A DNA stretch of 64,000 nucleotides from a virus (Duplodnaviria > Caudoviricetes), in the IMG/VR virus record IMGVR_UViG_3300022305_000326, positions 1 to 64,000 of that record; one strand, given 5' to 3'. Below, piece by piece: positions 18,128 through 26,862 of this stretch. Every line of letters starts with the position of its first letter. Position 1 is the stretch's first letter. The position numbers were made by a program, and so were the translations under genes. The notes beneath the pieces are model-generated. The model worked only from the letters and a program-made list of their open reading frames with translations. It did not search any database and was not told where the DNA came from.

Positions 18128-19977
18128 TGGCCGATAATACAACTACAGGATTGACAGCGAATCAAAATTTCGTTGAGCTTGACTTTTTCAATCTAAAACA
18201 AAGCCTGAAGAACTATCTAAAAAATAGACCAGAATTTTTAGATTACGATTTTGATGGATCGACTATAAATCTATTGTTGGATAGCATGACGTTCAACACA
18301 CAGAACAATGCATTCTATTTTAACCTATTGGCATCTGAATTCTTCCTTGGAACCGCACAAAAGCGTGAATCCGTAGTATCAAGAGCGCAGGAACTAGGAT
18401 ATACCTCACGTTCCGCTGCATCAGCCAAGGCTATTATAGACATTAAATTAACATCTAGTAATATCGTAAACACTAGCCTGATCATTCCGGCTGGTACGGT
18501 ATTCACGACATCTGTTGATGGTAAGACCTACAAGTTTGTCACATTAGATGATGTTGTGTCAACTGATCGTGACCTTAGCACCCTTGCAAATAAGGCAATA
18601 TTCTCATTCTATGGTGTTGCCATTTATGAGGGTAGCCCACTCGTTTCAACCACAATCATCAGTAACGCAACATTATCTGGCGTCGTAATTCCTAACCAAA
18701 ATATCGATACTTCACTGTTGAGAGTTACCGTAGCCGAAAGTGCATCAGTAGACTTAGCTATCGCGTACAGTGTCGGTACGAATTTGTTGGATATTACTCC
18801 GAATTCTAATGTATATTTTGTCGAAGAAATCAACGATCAGCTTTATAGAATCTCATTTGGTGATGGTACAATCGGAAAGGCCATTGCTGTTGGAAACAAG
18901 GTTGTTATCAAATATCTCATTACTTCAGGTTCTAAGCCGAATGGTGCAAGGCTGTTCACTCTGGCATCAACCATTTCAACGGTCACCGGAGTTTATAGTT
19001 ATTCTGTTGTGCAGCCGGCTCAAGCTGGTGCAGATATTGAATCTATCGAATCAGTTCGATTCAACGCGCCTTTAATTTACTCCGCACAGAACAGGGCAGT
19101 TGTTCCAAAGGATTATCTGGCCATCATCAACCGCGAATATACAGGGCTTAAAAGTGTCGTTGCATGGGGCGGTGAAGATAATGTACCGATTGCATTAGGA
19201 TACGTTTTCATTTCAATTAAGCCTAATGATAGAGAAGCACTGACCAATTCTGAAAAATTGGATATTGAGACAAATCTAAAGGACAACTATTGCCCGGCAG
19301 CTATCATACCAATCGTCGTTGATCCAGAACTAATCTATCTGAATATTACAGCAACAGTAAAATACAATCCTACCGTAGCTGTGGCTGGTCCAGATTCTAT
19401 CAGAGGTAAAATCACATCCGCTATAGTAAACTATGGAGCAACTGACCTAGACCAATTCTCACAGTATTTCAGATATTCGAAATTATCTAGACAAATCGAC
19501 GGTGCTGATATTGCGGTCAATAACAACAATATTGTTGTTGAAATGGAAAAGCGTTTCGTTCCTAGTCTTGTAACTGCACGTTCGTATAACTTCTTCTTCA
19601 GAAATCCTGTAGAAGCGGATGCTGGTGTGTTAACTTCAAATAAATTCACGTATAAAGATTCTGCGGACGTTGAGTATCCAGATGCGTATTTCACAAATGA
19701 TATCAACGGTGTCATATCAGTCAATTACACATTAAATAACACTACTCTAGTTGCAAATCCTAATATCGGTAGACTCGATTTTGCAACTGGATCAATATCA
19801 ATCAATAATTTTCTTGCTACACGTTTCGGTGGAACTTTAGACCCACTTGGAAAAGTAACGGATATAAGACTAAAATTGATTCCATTAAACCAAGACATTT
19901 ACCCTGTACGTAATGTTATTCTCGTCATAGATCAGGGTGGAGTAGTGGTAAACATGTTACCGGATAATATTTCATAA
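18127..19977 (+). CDS. gp6: Baseplate wedge subunit
   Basis: ELDFFNLKQSLKNYL, DYDFDGS, FGDG.IGK, ESIES.RFNAP, QNRAV, WGGEDN. Confidence 0.93.
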   Translation: MADNTTTGLTANQNFVELDFFNLKQSLKNYLKNRPEFLDYDFDGSTINLLLDSMTFNTQNNAFYFNLLASEFFLGTAQKRESVVSRAQELGYTSRSAASAKAIIDIKLTSSNIVNTSLIIPAGTVFTTSVDGKTYKFVTLDDVVSTDRDLSTLANKAIFSFYGVAIYEGSPLVSTTIISNATLSGVVIPNQNIDTSLLRVTVAESASVDLAIAYSVGTNLLDITPNSNVYFVEEINDQLYRISFGDGTIGKAIAVGNKVVIKYLITSGSKPNGARLFTLASTISTVTGVYSYSVVQPAQAGADIESIESVRFNAPLIYSAQNRAVVPKDYLAIINREYTGLKSVVAWGGEDNVPIALGYVFISIKPNDREALTNSEKLDIETNLKDNYCPAAIIPIVVDPELIYLNITATVKYNPTVAVAGPDSIRGKITSAIVNYGATDLDQFSQYFRYSKLSRQIDGADIAVNNNNIVVEMEKRFVPSLVTARSYNFFFRNPVEADAGVLTSNKFTYKDSADVEYPDAYFTNDINGVISVNYTLNNTTLVANPNIGRLDFATGSISINNFLATRFGGTLDPLGKVTDIRLKLIPLNQDIYPVRNVILVIDQGGVVVNMLPDNIS

Positions 19978-22900
19978 TGGCAGATTTCACATTAACAAAG
20001 ATACTTGGTGATTTAGTAGGTCCATCTTTATCTAATTATTTTCATGACCAGACTGTGGCATCTGTCACATGGTCAGTTGTACATAATCTAAACGATCTGA
20101 ATGCTCTCATATATTTCTATGATGATGCAGCAAAGATCAATATCGTATCTGCAATAAACATCGATTCTAATACAACAGAATTGACGTTCAGTGAGCCGAC
20201 TATTGGTGGTATTCTAGTAATATCCCCAAGACCACAAGAATTGTTTATTGCTGATATTACAGTACCAAATACTGTCATCACCGTAGAACATAATCTTAAT
20301 GAACTGTACCCTGTCGTCCAATCTAAATCATTGGCTGATGGATCGGTCATCCCTGATGATGTACGAGTTGTCAACGCGAATACTGTAGAATTAACGTTCT
20401 CTGTAAGTTTCACAGGACAAATATCAGTATTCTCAGTATCTCCTGAATATTCAAACGTTGTGCGAAGTGTCTACCAGAGAATAGTCGCAAGCACTTCATG
20501 GATAATCAACCATAATCATAATGACTTAACACCAATTTTCATATTCTATGATGAGAATTCTAGAGAAATCTATCCCGATGAAGTGATATTCGTTGATGCG
20601 GATACTATGGTGGTTAACTGGGCTGTTCCTCAGATGGGATCGGCTATCATCGCATCATTGAATTTAATTATTTCCAAGAGTTGTGGAACTGCTGGAACTG
20701 GATTGGACCCTAACCCAGAGTTTGCAGAATCATTCCTATACGAAAATACGTCAACAAACACAAGCATTACAGTCGTTCATGACCTGAATGACATTCTGCC
20801 TCTTGTAGAAATATATGATGATAGCGGCTCTGTAATTCTGGCAAACGAAGTCACGGTTATTGACGTTAATACTGTACTGGTAAATTTATTCGAACCACAA
20901 AACTGCAACATTCGTGTCACGACTGTTCAGGGTAGTTCTGCATTCATTTCGGTTCAGGCCAACCCAGTCAATATCTGGTGTATCCCTCATGGTCTGAATG
21001 ATTCACAGGTAATGATTCAGTTCTATGACTTGAATCGTAATAAGATAGTTCCGCAAACATCTGTTAACCTAAACAACAATTCTACCGAGGCTACATTTTT
21101 AATAGCTCAGGCAGGTTATGCGAAGGTCGTATCTCTAAAATATAAAATCAATAACGTTGATACGTATCTTCATGCTCAACCGTTTGTTTCGAACACTTGG
21201 TTAATCAACCATAACAAGAGAGACAATAACCCAATTCTCGCTTTTTATGATCTATCCGGTAATTATTTGATTCCGGATCAGATACTATCGGTTGACGAAA
21301 ACAATACAACTGCCACGTTCCTAAGCGCATTTCGTGGATATGCTCGATTTATAACGACTGAAAATATCGTACCTGATGTAGTCGTTGTCGATAGATTCAC
21401 CGATAGATTCAAATCAATTGTCCCATTCATTGCACTACAATTCCCTGAATTCGCTCGTGCATATGATTATGCGCCAACATCAACTGCAAAGGGCAACATT
21501 TTAGTCACATTCATGGAAGCATATTATGAATGGCTTGAACGTGCATTGCCATTGAACGAGTCGCAGGACAATATTCAGTATCAGATAAACAATGCAGATT
21601 TGATATTCAGTCTTGAGTATGGTGTCCAGAGATTCTTCGAATTATACAGAAATACCTATCTACAGTCAATTCCATATTTCTTCCAGAATGGAACAAACGT
21701 AAACCCTGCACTATTGATCAAAATAATTCGATCATTCTATCTGACCAAAGGAACTAAAAAGGCGATCAAATTCCTATTCAATTTCTTGTTCAACGATCCG
21801 ACTGCACAGATATCATACGTTACCCCAAGACTCCTAACTTCAGCCGCAGCTACAGTATCGGTTAGATCGTATGTGAGAGTAATGTTTACATCTGATTTAT
21901 CGACGGACGATAACTATAAAATTCTATTGGGTCAGACGTTGATAGGACAACAGTCGTTTACGAGAATGACAGTTCAAGGATTTAGAGTCTTCACGGTCGG
22001 TCAAAATTCTGTTCTTGAGATAGAAGTATCTAATATTTCCGGTGAATTGATCTTAGGTGAAAATCTAACTGGAACTGTAACCAACGTCGTAGGCGATCAA
22101 ACATTTACTGTCACATATCAGTTGATCCCGTATACAATCGCAGGTAAATTCTCGATAGATGCACCGGGAACAGGATATGAAAAATTCAAAACTGTATCAC
22201 TAGCCACATCAGGAAACGGACTTGGATTCAGTGCGCAGATTTACGATGTTGACGTAAATGGTGCGATAACTGATTTGAGAATCGATGATCCGGGTATCAA
22301 CTATACAGTGGCACCTACGCTGGATTTGACCAATTTGGGTGACGGTAACGCAACGATTACAATATACCCTTCAATAATCTATACCAATATAACAACTGGA
22401 ACTCGTTATTCCGGTCAGGCTTCTGATATTCCAAAACAGCAGACTATAACGGTATTCACTGATTATACCTCAAGATATACGAATCTAAGAGACTCGACTA
22501 TCGGATACACCTTCTATCCTACTGTCGAAGATTTTGGACCTAACAAACTTCATGGTGTTGTTGTTGGCGAAGGTATGCAAATAGTCCAAAATTCTGATAT
22601 GACAGATTATGGATTTGCATTCACTGGTGTCAATGACGGCACATTGTCAAATGGCGTAAGTTTCGGTATATCAAATGTATTGTCTCCAATCACCCCATGG
22701 ACATTGGAAGTTAAACTAACTGCGAACTTGTTATCGAAGACTCAGAGCGTCATCGGTAAATGGGGCGCGGATTCTATTGATAGACATTTTGTTATACAGA
22801 TCGATGACAATAATAGATTGGTTGCCAGTGCTGTTATGTTTGGGTCAACGATCATCGTATTACAGGATACTGTTCCATTAAGCGGGTCTACGGATTATGA

Positions 22901-23777
22901 TATTGCGTTGGTATGGGATGGTACTGTTCTATATCTATTCAAAAATGGTAACTTTGTAACATCTGCACCATTTGCACGTATGCAGTTACCTTCTGAAAAT
23001 GTCAGTTTTTGGTTGGGTAGAGACGACGACGATAAGAATGGTAATACCCCTAACCCATTCAGCGGAACCATCTACCAAGCTCGTTTGAGTGGTGTTGCTA
23101 GATATACTACAGGATATACACCAGTAGCATACACTTTAGATGACGATACAATATCATTATATGAACTGAACGAAGTCAGAGAAGATTTGCAGATTGGTAC
23201 TGGTACAATCATAGCATCAGCACCAGATGAATACACCTACTATATCACATCACAGACTCCTATTAGTCAGTATAGAGATATCCTGAAAGCCACTGTTCAT
23301 CCAGCAGGTATGAGATTTGTCGGAAGATTCATTTTGAGTTCATATGACACTAATACCCATAAAGCTGAAATGTATCACTATTATCACCCAGATGATGCAA
23401 ATTTCAACAATCCGCTATATTCTACTTCAAGATTCTTCAAGATTTTGACGCTCAAGATTGCAACGAAACCAAACTCTGGTGATGAAACATTGACCGCAGT
23501 ATGTTCAGATTTCAATCTAAAACTTAAAATTAACCCATTGGCCATATCAGAACGTCTTGGTAGAGTTAGTGTTATCGATGATTATGGTCCATACTTGATA
23601 GATTTATTTGATACATATACATACCCGAACACGTTATTTGGTAACACAATGCCAGCAAAACCAACTGACATTGACCCAAATTCACCAAACAGAACGTCAT
23701 ACGAATCGTTTGGTTTTTACAAATTACACCATTTTAGTAAATATACTAGAGGTGGTGCTGAAGTGACAATAATATAA
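19977..23777 (+). CDS. gp7: Enlarged gp7-like baseplate wedge initiator with six N-terminal HNL repeats and an inserted LamG domain
   Basis: Between gp6 and gp8; core motifs QFPEF, FMEAYYEWLE, FY.TKGT..AI.FLF..LF, Y.Y.I.S, K.TVHPAGM. Confidence 0.75.
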   Translation: MADFTLTKILGDLVGPSLSNYFHDQTVASVTWSVVHNLNDLNALIYFYDDAAKINIVSAINIDSNTTELTFSEPTIGGILVISPRPQELFIADITVPNTVITVEHNLNELYPVVQSKSLADGSVIPDDVRVVNANTVELTFSVSFTGQISVFSVSPEYSNVVRSVYQRIVASTSWIINHNHNDLTPIFIFYDENSREIYPDEVIFVDADTMVVNWAVPQMGSAIIASLNLIISKSCGTAGTGLDPNPEFAESFLYENTSTNTSITVVHDLNDILPLVEIYDDSGSVILANEVTVIDVNTVLVNLFEPQNCNIRVTTVQGSSAFISVQANPVNIWCIPHGLNDSQVMIQFYDLNRNKIVPQTSVNLNNNSTEATFLIAQAGYAKVVSLKYKINNVDTYLHAQPFVSNTWLINHNKRDNNPILAFYDLSGNYLIPDQILSVDENNTTATFLSAFRGYARFITTENIVPDVVVVDRFTDRFKSIVPFIALQFPEFARAYDYAPTSTAKGNILVTFMEAYYEWLERALPLNESQDNIQYQINNADLIFSLEYGVQRFFELYRNTYLQSIPYFFQNGTNVNPALLIKIIRSFYLTKGTKKAIKFLFNFLFNDPTAQISYVTPRLLTSAAATVSVRSYVRVMFTSDLSTDDNYKILLGQTLIGQQSFTRMTVQGFRVFTVGQNSVLEIEVSNISGELILGENLTGTVTNVVGDQTFTVTYQLIPYTIAGKFSIDAPGTGYEKFKTVSLATSGNGLGFSAQIYDVDVNGAITDLRIDDPGINYTVAPTLDLTNLGDGNATITIYPSIIYTNITTGTRYSGQASDIPKQQTITVFTDYTSRYTNLRDSTIGYTFYPTVEDFGPNKLHGVVVGEGMQIVQNSDMTDYGFAFTGVNDGTLSNGVSFGISNVLSPITPWTLEVKLTANLLSKTQSVIGKWGADSIDRHFVIQIDDNNRLVASAVMFGSTIIVLQDTVPLSGSTDYDIALVWDGTVLYLFKNGNFVTSAPFARMQLPSENVSFWLGRDDDDKNGNTPNPFSGTIYQARLSGVARYTTGYTPVAYTLDDDTISLYELNEVREDLQIGTGTIIASAPDEYTYYITSQTPISQYRDILKATVHPAGMRFVGRFILSSYDTNTHKAEMYHYYHPDDANFNNPLYSTSRFFKILTLKIATKPNSGDETLTAVCSDFNLKLKINPLAISERLGRVSVIDDYGPYLIDLFDTYTYPNTLFGNTMPAKPTDIDPNSPNRTSYESFGFYKLHHFSKYTRGGAEVTII
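20034..21360 (+). repeat. Six tandem ~65-75 aa repeats (W/I-x-V/I-x-H-N-L-N...YD...T..F...G) in gp7
   Basis: HNLND, HNLNE, HNHND, HDLND, HGLND, HNKRD units visible in the translation. Confidence 0.85.
23736..23743 (+). promoter_or_regulatory. Late promoter box AGTAAATA
   Basis: ~48 nt upstream of gp8, inside the 3' end of gp7. Confidence 0.45.
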
Positions 23778-23790
23778 TTTAGAGGAACAT

Positions 23791-25164
23791 ATGGCAAATC
23801 CAGCATCAGCAGTCGTAACAGATCAGCTTAGAATCAGTAATGCTAAAAATTATCTGGCGGATGTTATCTCATCCAACTATTATCTAAGTATCGGTAAGGT
23901 TGACACATGGCCTGTAGAATTGAATCCCGAAATCCCTCTAGATAATACGTCATATAGAGACTACAAGACTTGGTTCGACATGCTCGGCGCCAAGAAAATA
24001 GTGACCGGGAATACGAGTCTGGTATTGAGTCGTTATAATTGGACTATCAATACCGTATATGCAGCATACGATTCAGAAGATTCCGAATTATTCAGAAAAC
24101 CATTTTTCGTTCACGTACCAAAGGTCGATGGTTCAATCAACGTATACAAGTGTATTGAACGTCCTATCAACGCCATGGGAACACCACAGCCATCGACTGT
24201 TCAGCCGTCCGATGAAAACGTAACTGGTGGCCCTAATGGTGCAACTACTTCTACTGCCGCAAGATTGGCCGATGGTTATATCTGGAAGTTTATGGGTAAT
24301 GTCAGTAGTGGTGATGTTGCACTATACGGTACTATTCAATTCGTTCCAATCAAAACAATAACAACCAATGACGGCTCTGCACAGTACCAAATTCAGCAGA
24401 ACGCAATTTCCGGTGCGATATTCTCAATCAATATCACGAACACTGGTACCGGATACACTTCAGCACCAACCGTTCAGATTAATGGTAATGGTACTGGTGC
24501 CACGGCAGTTGCAGTATTGTCTGGAAGTAATGTCGTCAGAGTTGACATGACCGCATTTGGTACTGGTTACACTTATGCAACGATTGTGCTATCAGGTGGC
24601 GGTGGAACAAATGCTACCGCAAAAGCTAACATCGCACCAGTCGGCGGTCATGGAAAGGATGCAGAACGTGAGCTTGGCGCATATTTTGGAATGATCTTTG
24701 TTCAGTTAGATAATACTGAAAATTCAACTCTACCAGTAGACAATGGGTTCAGAAGAATCTCACTTATAAAAAATCCACTGTTATACGGCACATCAACCCT
24801 AGCAACATCATTGAATTACCGCCAGACCTATAGATATTCAGTTACAAGCCAATCCGTAACGCCATTCCAAATCAATGAAACAGTTTCACAGGCTGTCACG
24901 AATCAGACTGCCGTTGTTGTCGATGTGGATACGGTCAATAACTTCATATACCTAACGTCACAAAGCAACATTTTCGACACAACCAATAATAGATTGGTAA
25001 CTGGTACAACTTCAGGGGCAACATGCATATTTTCTGCTCAGGTTGCCGGTAACTTACCGGGACTACAACCAAACTCCGGTATTATCGGTTTCATCGAAAA
25101 TCGAAAAGTTGTAAATAGAGCTTCAGACCAGTCTGAAGTCATCCAAATTGTAATTGAATTTTAA
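23791..25164 (+). CDS. gp8: Baseplate wedge subunit
   Basis: SA.VTDQLRI.NA, RYNW, VYKCI, DGYIWKFM, P.GGHG.D...ELGA, ENRK.VNR..DQ.E.I.IVIEF. Confidence 0.92.
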   Translation: MANPASAVVTDQLRISNAKNYLADVISSNYYLSIGKVDTWPVELNPEIPLDNTSYRDYKTWFDMLGAKKIVTGNTSLVLSRYNWTINTVYAAYDSEDSELFRKPFFVHVPKVDGSINVYKCIERPINAMGTPQPSTVQPSDENVTGGPNGATTSTAARLADGYIWKFMGNVSSGDVALYGTIQFVPIKTITTNDGSAQYQIQQNAISGAIFSINITNTGTGYTSAPTVQINGNGTGATAVAVLSGSNVVRVDMTAFGTGYTYATIVLSGGGGTNATAKANIAPVGGHGKDAERELGAYFGMIFVQLDNTENSTLPVDNGFRRISLIKNPLLYGTSTLATSLNYRQTYRYSVTSQSVTPFQINETVSQAVTNQTAVVVDVDTVNNFIYLTSQSNIFDTTNNRLVTGTTSGATCIFSAQVAGNLPGLQPNSGIIGFIENRKVVNRASDQSEVIQIVIEF

Positions 25165-25190
25165 TGTGTTGGGTTGAATAATAAGAGGAT

Positions 25191-25568
25191 ATGTTAATGC
25201 CACCATCAATAAACGACAACACGATCTCAATTTACGAAGTCGGTAAATTAAGCGCGGAAATATCTAACCTAGCATCAGTATTCAAGGAATTAAGTCAAAC
25301 AGTGAAAGAGAATGCTCGTCAAATTGATGAGAAATTCGAACGTATTAATCAACAGCTTAGAGAAATTGTTGATACCCATACTTCTCGTAGGGAATTCGAT
25401 GATTTGAAGGTCGAGGTTAATAAATTAAGAATCGAGATTGCTACAGTTAAACAGACCACCCACGACAATGCAGTAGAAAATGCGTCGAATAGATTCATTA
25501 TAAAAATAATGGGTATTGTAATTTCGAGCGCGACACTATTGTATTTTGGACTACAGGCAGTACATTAA
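25191..25568 (+). CDS. Coiled-coil protein with C-terminal transmembrane helix (possible lysis/holin-associated protein)
   Basis: Heptad-rich body, hydrophobic tail FIIKIMGIVISSATLLYFGL; SD gagga. Confidence 0.4.
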   Translation: MLMPPSINDNTISIYEVGKLSAEISNLASVFKELSQTVKENARQIDEKFERINQQLREIVDTHTSRREFDDLKVEVNKLRIEIATVKQTTHDNAVENASNRFIIKIMGIVISSATLLYFGLQAVH

Positions 25569-26308
25569 TGGCCGTCCCGTCTAACAGAAACGAGTTTAAG
25601 GAATATTGCCTACGAAGACTGGGCAAATCCGCTATTAAAGTGAACGTTACCGATCCTCAGATTGAGGATCGTATAGATGAGGCACTATTATTCTGGAAAG
25701 ATTATCACCATGAAGCACGTTATATGACATACGTGAAGCATGAGATAACTCAGCAGAATATAGATGACAAGTTTATCGTTCTACCTAATAACATAATATC
25801 AGTTGTCAAGGTATTCAATACTGACATTGGTATCACTTCAGGTATTTTCTCTCTACGTTACCAGTTGCATTTGAATGATCTTTATGATCTAAGTTCAACC
25901 AACCTATCAAATTTCGTCATAGCACAGCAGTATGTCAATCTAATTCAGGATGTTTTATCACCACAATCTGCAATACGATTCCAGAGTGTTGAACATACCC
26001 TGAGATTTGACGCAGAAACATTATACAAGTTCAGAGTTGGTCAGTTCATCATCCTAGAAATATACACTGAAATTGATGAAAACGTATACACTGATATTTG
26101 GAAGAATCGTACATTAGCGGATTTGGCTACTGCGATGATTCGTCGTCAATGGGGGGAAAACCTTAAGAAGTATCAAGGTATTGTTCTTCCGGGTGGATCA
26201 ACTCTAAATGGACAGGTAATGTACAACGAGTCCATCGAAGAAATCAAAAACTTAAAAGAAACATTCATAAATCTATACCAAGACCCGGTAAATTTCGTGG
26301 TTGCTTGA
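25568..26308 (+). CDS. gp13: Neck protein
   Basis: FKEYCLRRLG...I.VNV...QIEDRIDEAL; QWGENLKKYQGI.LPGG..LNG. Confidence 0.95.
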   Translation: MAVPSNRNEFKEYCLRRLGKSAIKVNVTDPQIEDRIDEALLFWKDYHHEARYMTYVKHEITQQNIDDKFIVLPNNIISVVKVFNTDIGITSGIFSLRYQLHLNDLYDLSSTNLSNFVIAQQYVNLIQDVLSPQSAIRFQSVEHTLRFDAETLYKFRVGQFIILEIYTEIDENVYTDIWKNRTLADLATAMIRRQWGENLKKYQGIVLPGGSTLNGQVMYNESIEEIKNLKETFINLYQDPVNFVVA

Positions 26309-26317
26309 GGATGCACG

Positions 26318-26857
26318 ATGATATCAGAAGAAACGAAGAATATATTAATCAAACAGTTGTCAGATCACGAAGGTGTAAAAAAGACACCTTACGTGGACAC
26401 TGTTGGTATCTGGACAGTTGGAATAGGACGCAATCTAAAGCGTCTATTTACTGCTGATGAAGAATTTAAAATATTCGGAAAAATATACAAATACAATTAT
26501 GAAAAATTGGTCGCCGCTCTGAAAACCAAACCGTTGACCAAAGATCAAGTCGAATATCTTTTCCTTAAAGACTTGAATGAACATCTAGAAAAATTGTATT
26601 CTGATCTTCCGTGGGTAAAAGGATTGGATGAAGTAAGACAGGCTGTTCTAATCAACATGGCTTTCAATTTAGGTAATGCTGGTCTTCTCTCATTCAAAAA
26701 TACCCTGAAGATGATAAAGGACGGTGATTACGTAGCTGCGTCTAATGCAATGCGTAGTTCAAAATGGGCATCACAGGTCAAGGGGCGTGCCGTTGAATTG
26801 TGTGATCAAATGGCGAGCGGCGAATTTGCACTTAAATACAAAAACACTAAGAGTTAA
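26318..26857 (+). CDS. T4-type lysozyme (GH24), probable endolysin
   Basis: HEG......Y.DT.G..T.GIG catalytic E-x8-D-x5-T; RQAVLINMAFNLG..GL..F; S.WA.QV..RA. Confidence 0.92.
   Translation: MISEETKNILIKQLSDHEGVKKTPYVDTVGIWTVGIGRNLKRLFTADEEFKIFGKIYKYNYEKLVAALKTKPLTKDQVEYLFLKDLNEHLEKLYSDLPWVKGLDEVRQAVLINMAFNLGNAGLLSFKNTLKMIKDGDYVAASNAMRSSKWASQVKGRAVELCDQMASGEFALKYKNTKS
26831..26838 (+). promoter_or_regulatory. Late promoter box CTTAAATA
   Basis: ~25 nt upstream of 26863. Confidence 0.45.
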
Positions 26858-26862
26858 TTTAA

